64,000 nt of DNA from the human T2T-CHM13v2.0 reference genome, Homo sapiens, in NCBI RefSeq assembly GCF_009914755.1, contig NC_060947.1; one strand, given 5' to 3'. The notes beneath the pieces are model-generated. The model saw only the letters and a list, made by a program, of their open reading frames with translations, ran no database searches and had not been told where the DNA came from. Positions 58,765-64,000 of this stretch are shown in pieces (the first letter of the stretch is position 1; each line of letters opens with the position of its first letter). The translations under genes were made by a program, and so were the position numbers.

Positions 58765-61700
58765 AATTTTTTTTTTAATATAGCAAATATATTGTTTTTT
58801 AATATAGCAAACAAACAGGTAATTGTCATTATTTTCAAATAATGCATGACAGCTGAGAGAAATCACCTGCTTTTTAATTTGAAAAGTAATTTTTTTAGCC
58901 ATTTTCAGTTAAACAATTTGGCAATGTGTATTAAGGACCATAAGACTTTTCTTGACTTAATAATTCCATTTTTTGACTCTAAGGAAATAGTATTATGCAT
59001 ACCATTTCTTTGACACTATTCTAAAGCAATAGTTTTATGCACAAAGATGGTTAACACATCATCCTTAATCATAAAAAGAACGTAGGGAGTGAATATACAA
59101 GGTTTACCTATTCCATTCACATGGCTGGACAAACAGCACCTACTGCCTGTGATTCAGCATTAATTTGATGTATTTAGGGCCTTTTGAGCATTCATTTCCA
59201 TTCTCATCTCCTGTGGAACAACTCAAAAAGGACCCTTGCCCTTTTGTTCATTTCAAAATAGATTGATCTGCGTTTGAGAGAAGATGCAGAAACAACTTAA
59301 ATGTACAATAGTAGAGCTATTTTAACATAAATTATTGAATCTCCACACAACTTGTTATTATGCAGCCATTAAAATCAGGTTGTATAATTTTATTTAATAA
59401 TATGAAGAAGAACTTTATTATAATGGTAACTTCTAAAATCAGAAGATAAAATTGTATGTACGATATGGCCTCAATCATGTAAAACAAATATAAATAAAAG
59501 GGAATATGCCAAGATAGTATTGACGATTACCTCTGCTTAATGAGATTTTTTTGAAACTTGTTTTTCAAACTTTTTGTTTTTCTACAATAAGTATGTATTG
59601 CTCTTATAATCATAAAAAGAGACAAGATGATGTATGTTCAATTGTTCCAAAATGATTAGAATAAAGTACTTGAAAAATAATAGTGAAACAGACTGTTTTC
59701 TTTCTCATGCATTATTTATAAGGAAAATAATTCCTATCAGTCTCTGTTTTCAAAAAGCACAATGTGTACTCTTCACACCATTGCCAATACAATGCTGACG
59801 TAATATTGGTAAAAAGCACAAATGATACCTCCAGAGACCTCTCTGTTGATTAACTGGTCCTTCGAAATTGCTAAGTTCTAATGAAAGGGTCACTTAGTCT
59901 CCAACAAACATAACATTTTGTCCATGTCCTCTAATTTCACACAATGACAGTGTAATTTAAATATATATGGTTTTGAAATTTTCAATCTAGTTTGAAGAAG
60001 TACTATGTAAATATTTTGAATATTCAATTTAAAGTTCAACATAATGGAGTAGCACCTATTTAACAACTATACTGTTCCACATGGGGACAAAGACAACTTT
60101 CCGAAGTTTTAATTGGTAGGGACCATTTTGTACAGAGATATTACCTTCCTTTGAATAGTCTTTGTATTTATGTGGTACTGGCTGCCTTAATAGCTCACGA
60201 ATCAGCCGATAGATCATCTGTTCCTATTTGTTAGATACTTCTCTCAGATGCAGATTAATCTATTTTGAAATGAACAAAGGGGCAAGGGTCCCTTTTGAGT
60301 TGTTCCATAGGAGATAAGAATGGAAATGAATGCTCAAAAGGCTCTTCATACATCAAGTTGCTGCTGAATCATAGGCAGTAGGTGCTGTCTGTCCAGCCAT
60401 GTGGATGGAGGTAGGTAATTCAACCTTACATATTCTCTCTCTACATTCTTTTTGTGATTAAGGAGATGCATTTCCAAAATGGTAGGTTGACAGTGTCTGG
60501 GTAGCAATAACTAGCAGAGAAATAGTACACACATCCTACTTCCTGCACCTCATTCTTATAGAAGGCACCAACTAATCATCAGGCTTGATCTAGCCCTGTT
60601 CTGGCCCTTCCATTCAGTAAGTTGTTGTTTTAGCATCTCTTTGCCCTCAGCTACCCAGTCTTTATCTTCATGCATCATCTCCTCCCTCTGTGTTCTATTC
60701 CAACCTTGTAACTCCTCATATAACATCTTTCTTTCTCATTTCCCAGGACCAGACCCTTCCAGGTCTCTGATTTACTTCTGCTTTCATTCCTTGGAAACTG
60801 GTGTTGATTTACCTATGACCCTGACCTCTAGCCCCTTCCCCCTCACCCTACACACGGCTCTTGTGTAGAGGCTCCCTACAGAGCTTTAGACAGAGCTGGC
60901 TTCAAACATCTGCTGAAATTAACCCTTCACATTTTACCATTTACCAGAGCTAAGACTAGTTCAAATAAACAAATAATTAGAGTTGAAAGAGATATGTGGA
61001 TGTTCAACAACAAACCAACATGCAACATTATCCAGAGGGGCTATCTAAATTAGAGCTTATTTTACCACATCAGTAGGGAAGTATATAATTTGAAAACATT
61101 CAGAGGGAATCATTTTCTACTCTTGTGCCTGACGCTAAACATTATCCAGTCCCCCAGTCCAATGTTGCATATTAACCCATTTTCAAGTATTAGGTGTGAA
61201 TAAATACTGCATTCAGGTAAGTGAAGGACACAAAACTCCATTTCCTGTAAGGCAAAGTTGATTGCATCCTATTCAATGTAAAGCCAGGAGGTTTTAGGAA
61301 ATCGGGCTCAAACATTTTGTTAAGTCTTGAACATTTTTGTTAAGGCACTGTTTTTAGGGCCCTATTGCTTGCATGCACAGGGCAGCTTGTAGCTTTTGAG
61401 ATGCATGTTAATATCGGATATTCTCTCTCTGGTAGATTATTAAGTGATTTATTACTGGAGGGGTTCAGAAATACTGAAAGAACATCACTGAGAGTTTCCT
61501 CTTCTCACAACATGGATGTGGGGCTTGAGGAGTCAGCAAATTACTCAGCAGACAGTGAATATTAGCCAGTTCATTAACTATTTTCTCCTAGCCCCAAGAG
61601 CCACGAAGCTAATCCCTTGTTTGCCAGGCAGGGTGGGCCTTGCTCTCTGGTTCTTAGTGATTGAGATAACTAAAATTTGTTTGTGTTTTCCAGCCAGAAG

Positions 61701-62867
61701 TCATTCCACTTAATGCTTTCAATATGGAAACACTCTGGTTAAGGCACTGAGCAGAATTTAAAGTAATTGTCGAGTCTTCAAAATTAAAGTATAAACAAAA
61801 AAGCAATTTTAAGAATTTGTAAATCCTTCTTCCTGGTTCTGAAGGCTTTCCCTGAGGCTGACATTAGGCAGGGCTTGGTCATTTTCCTTCAGGGGAGAAC
61901 CACTAAGTCAAGCTCCCCGGGAGATTTTTTTGTTTTGTTTTGGCTTGACCAGCCGTGAGTTTCCTCCCTGGTCAAACATGACAGATTCTTAATTTTAAAA
62001 TTCTGAAGTAATGATAAATCAGGCTAAGAAAGGCTGAAGTTTCACATTTGGGAGCTAGCAAGGTAATCTTTGCTAAGTAATGTGTGTGAATAAGTTTAAG
62101 GAGGTGAGGTAGGCAAGAAACAGGTGAACCAAGGAGACCTGGTCCTAAGGTAAATTTACCTCATCCATTTCAGGTGAGTAGCATCCTGTTTGCATATCAT
62201 TCGCATCTCTTCCTTGGCACAGACTTCTGGTAAGTGTTTTCCCATCTTCATATGTGTTGGTAAATGAAATAACAAAAGTATTTCATTCGAATGGAAATAA
62301 CACAAATGCCTGTCTTTTGAAATACTCTTTAAACTTAATTTCTGAATGTTTTAGAACAACTCTTAGCCTCTTCTAGGATTTCTGAGACTTGACTACATTT
62401 TTGAACAACTGATTATAGGTTTTCCAGAATTTTAGGGAGTTAATATGTACATCAATTGCCTAGAGTTTATTTGCAGATTATACTGCAGCATTATCGAGCA
62501 ATCCATCCACATTTACTGATATTCTCACAGCATGCCCAACAGTAGGATAGCATTGAAAAATAGCAGGCCTTATCCCCATTTCTTGCAAAACAAAATTACA
62601 ATCTGGCTAGAGAAGTAAGTCTTAGAGAATGTTTATAACCACAAATAGATAATTCAATACAAAAAAGATATCCAACACAGGATTGATATTAAAGGTAGCT
62701 AGAGAAGGGCAAAAATCAGGGCTAGGCAAAATGAGTCAGAGTTTAATTAAGGAGGTGAAGCTTGAGTGGGATTTAAATGAAGCTGAGATATAGACACAGA
62801 AAGAACACAGTTATATCAATAATCTGAAAACAATGATGCACCCTCCTTTTCACAAAAGCTTCTTTCT

Positions 62868-63255
62868 ATGATTGCACCACTGCATTCCAGCCTGGGAAAC
62901 AGAATCAGACCCCATTTTAAAAATAAATAAATAGGCCAGGAGCAGTGGCTCACGCCTGTAATCCCAGCACTTTGGGAGGCCAAGGTGGGCTGATCACCTG
63001 AGGTCTGGAGTTTGAGACCAGCCTGGCCAACATGGGGAAACGCTGTCTTTACTAAAAATACAAAAATTAGCCAGGTGTGGTGGCGGTTGACTGTAATCCC
63101 AGCTGCTTGGGAGGATAAGGCAGAAGAATCACTTGAACTCAGGAGGTGGAGGAGGTTGCAGTGAGCCGAGATCGTGCCATTGCACTCCAGCCTGGGCAAC
63201 AAGAACGAAACTGTCTCAATAATAATAATAATACTATACAATAAAAAATAAATAA
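62868..63255 (+). mobile_element. 5'-truncated Alu with a full AluS inserted in its tail
   Basis: Alu 3' piece 62868-62930, full Alu 62933-63235; outer flanks aaagcttct at 62856 and 63255. Confidence 0.8.
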
Positions 63256-63316
63256 AGCTTCTTCTGACTCGAAACTGGAAGGTAGAAAAAAAGATAGTTA
63301 AAGAATGGTGCAGTTT

Positions 63317-63642
63317 GGCCAGGTGCAGTGACTTGCCCCTGTAATCTCAGCACTCTCGGAGGCCGAGGCTGGCAGATCGCTTGAGCCCAGGAGTTTGAGA
63401 CCAGCCTGGGCAACATGACGAAACCCCATCTCTACAAAGAATACAAAAAGTAGTCCGGCGTGGTGGCACATGCCTGTAATCCCAGCTACTTGGGAGGCTG
63501 AGGTGGGAGGATCACCTGAGCCTAGGAGGTCAAGGCTGCAGTGAGCCATGATTATGCCATTGCATACCAGCCTGTGCAACAGAGTGAGAGCCTCTCTCAA
63601 CAACAACAAAAAAAAAAAAAAGAAAAAGAAAAGAAGAAAAAA
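63317..63642 (+). mobile_element. AluJ
   Basis: Full Alu; TSD aatggtgca. Confidence 0.95.
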
Positions 63643-63856
63643 CAATGGTGCATTTCATTTGATTAACGTGTAAACACCAACTTCCCCAGTCCAAACCACG
63701 AACTTCTTTCATCACATAGCTCTGAAATGTTGCTGCTGAAATATTTCTGATGAAATGCTGCTAATAAAATATATTGTTTTGTATATAGTAGATATTCAAA
63801 GTGTTTTTATAGAATTAAATTGAGAAGTAAAGACACTAGCTTAATTCCTCTGGTTA

Positions 63857-64000
<144 letters not shown>

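Overview
This is primate (probably human or great-ape) genomic DNA dominated by repeats: Alu, L1, L2, MIR, MaLR/ERVL/ERV1 LTRs and MER DNA transposons. I found no intact long protein-coding gene, and nearly all ORFs in the supplied track come from repeats. The main non-repeat signal is a same-strand local duplication (about 35585-36610 vs about 51965-54525) containing two decayed copies of a small two-exon gene. By my recall of family sequences it resembles the basic spermatid proteins CXorf51/TP3/TP4. The copy at 53.5-54.35 kb keeps CCAAT/GT/TATA boxes, a Kozak ATG, a GT-AG intron and AATAAA, but has three ORF lesions. The copy at 35.8-36.4 kb lost its promoter and ATG but is intact at those three sites, so a 114-aa ancestral protein can be rebuilt. 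One frameshift leaves a 37-aa ORF with an AT-hook-like motif (TPKRRRRGRPP) that should escape NMD. Repeat subfamily names come from recalled consensus motifs and boundaries are approximate.
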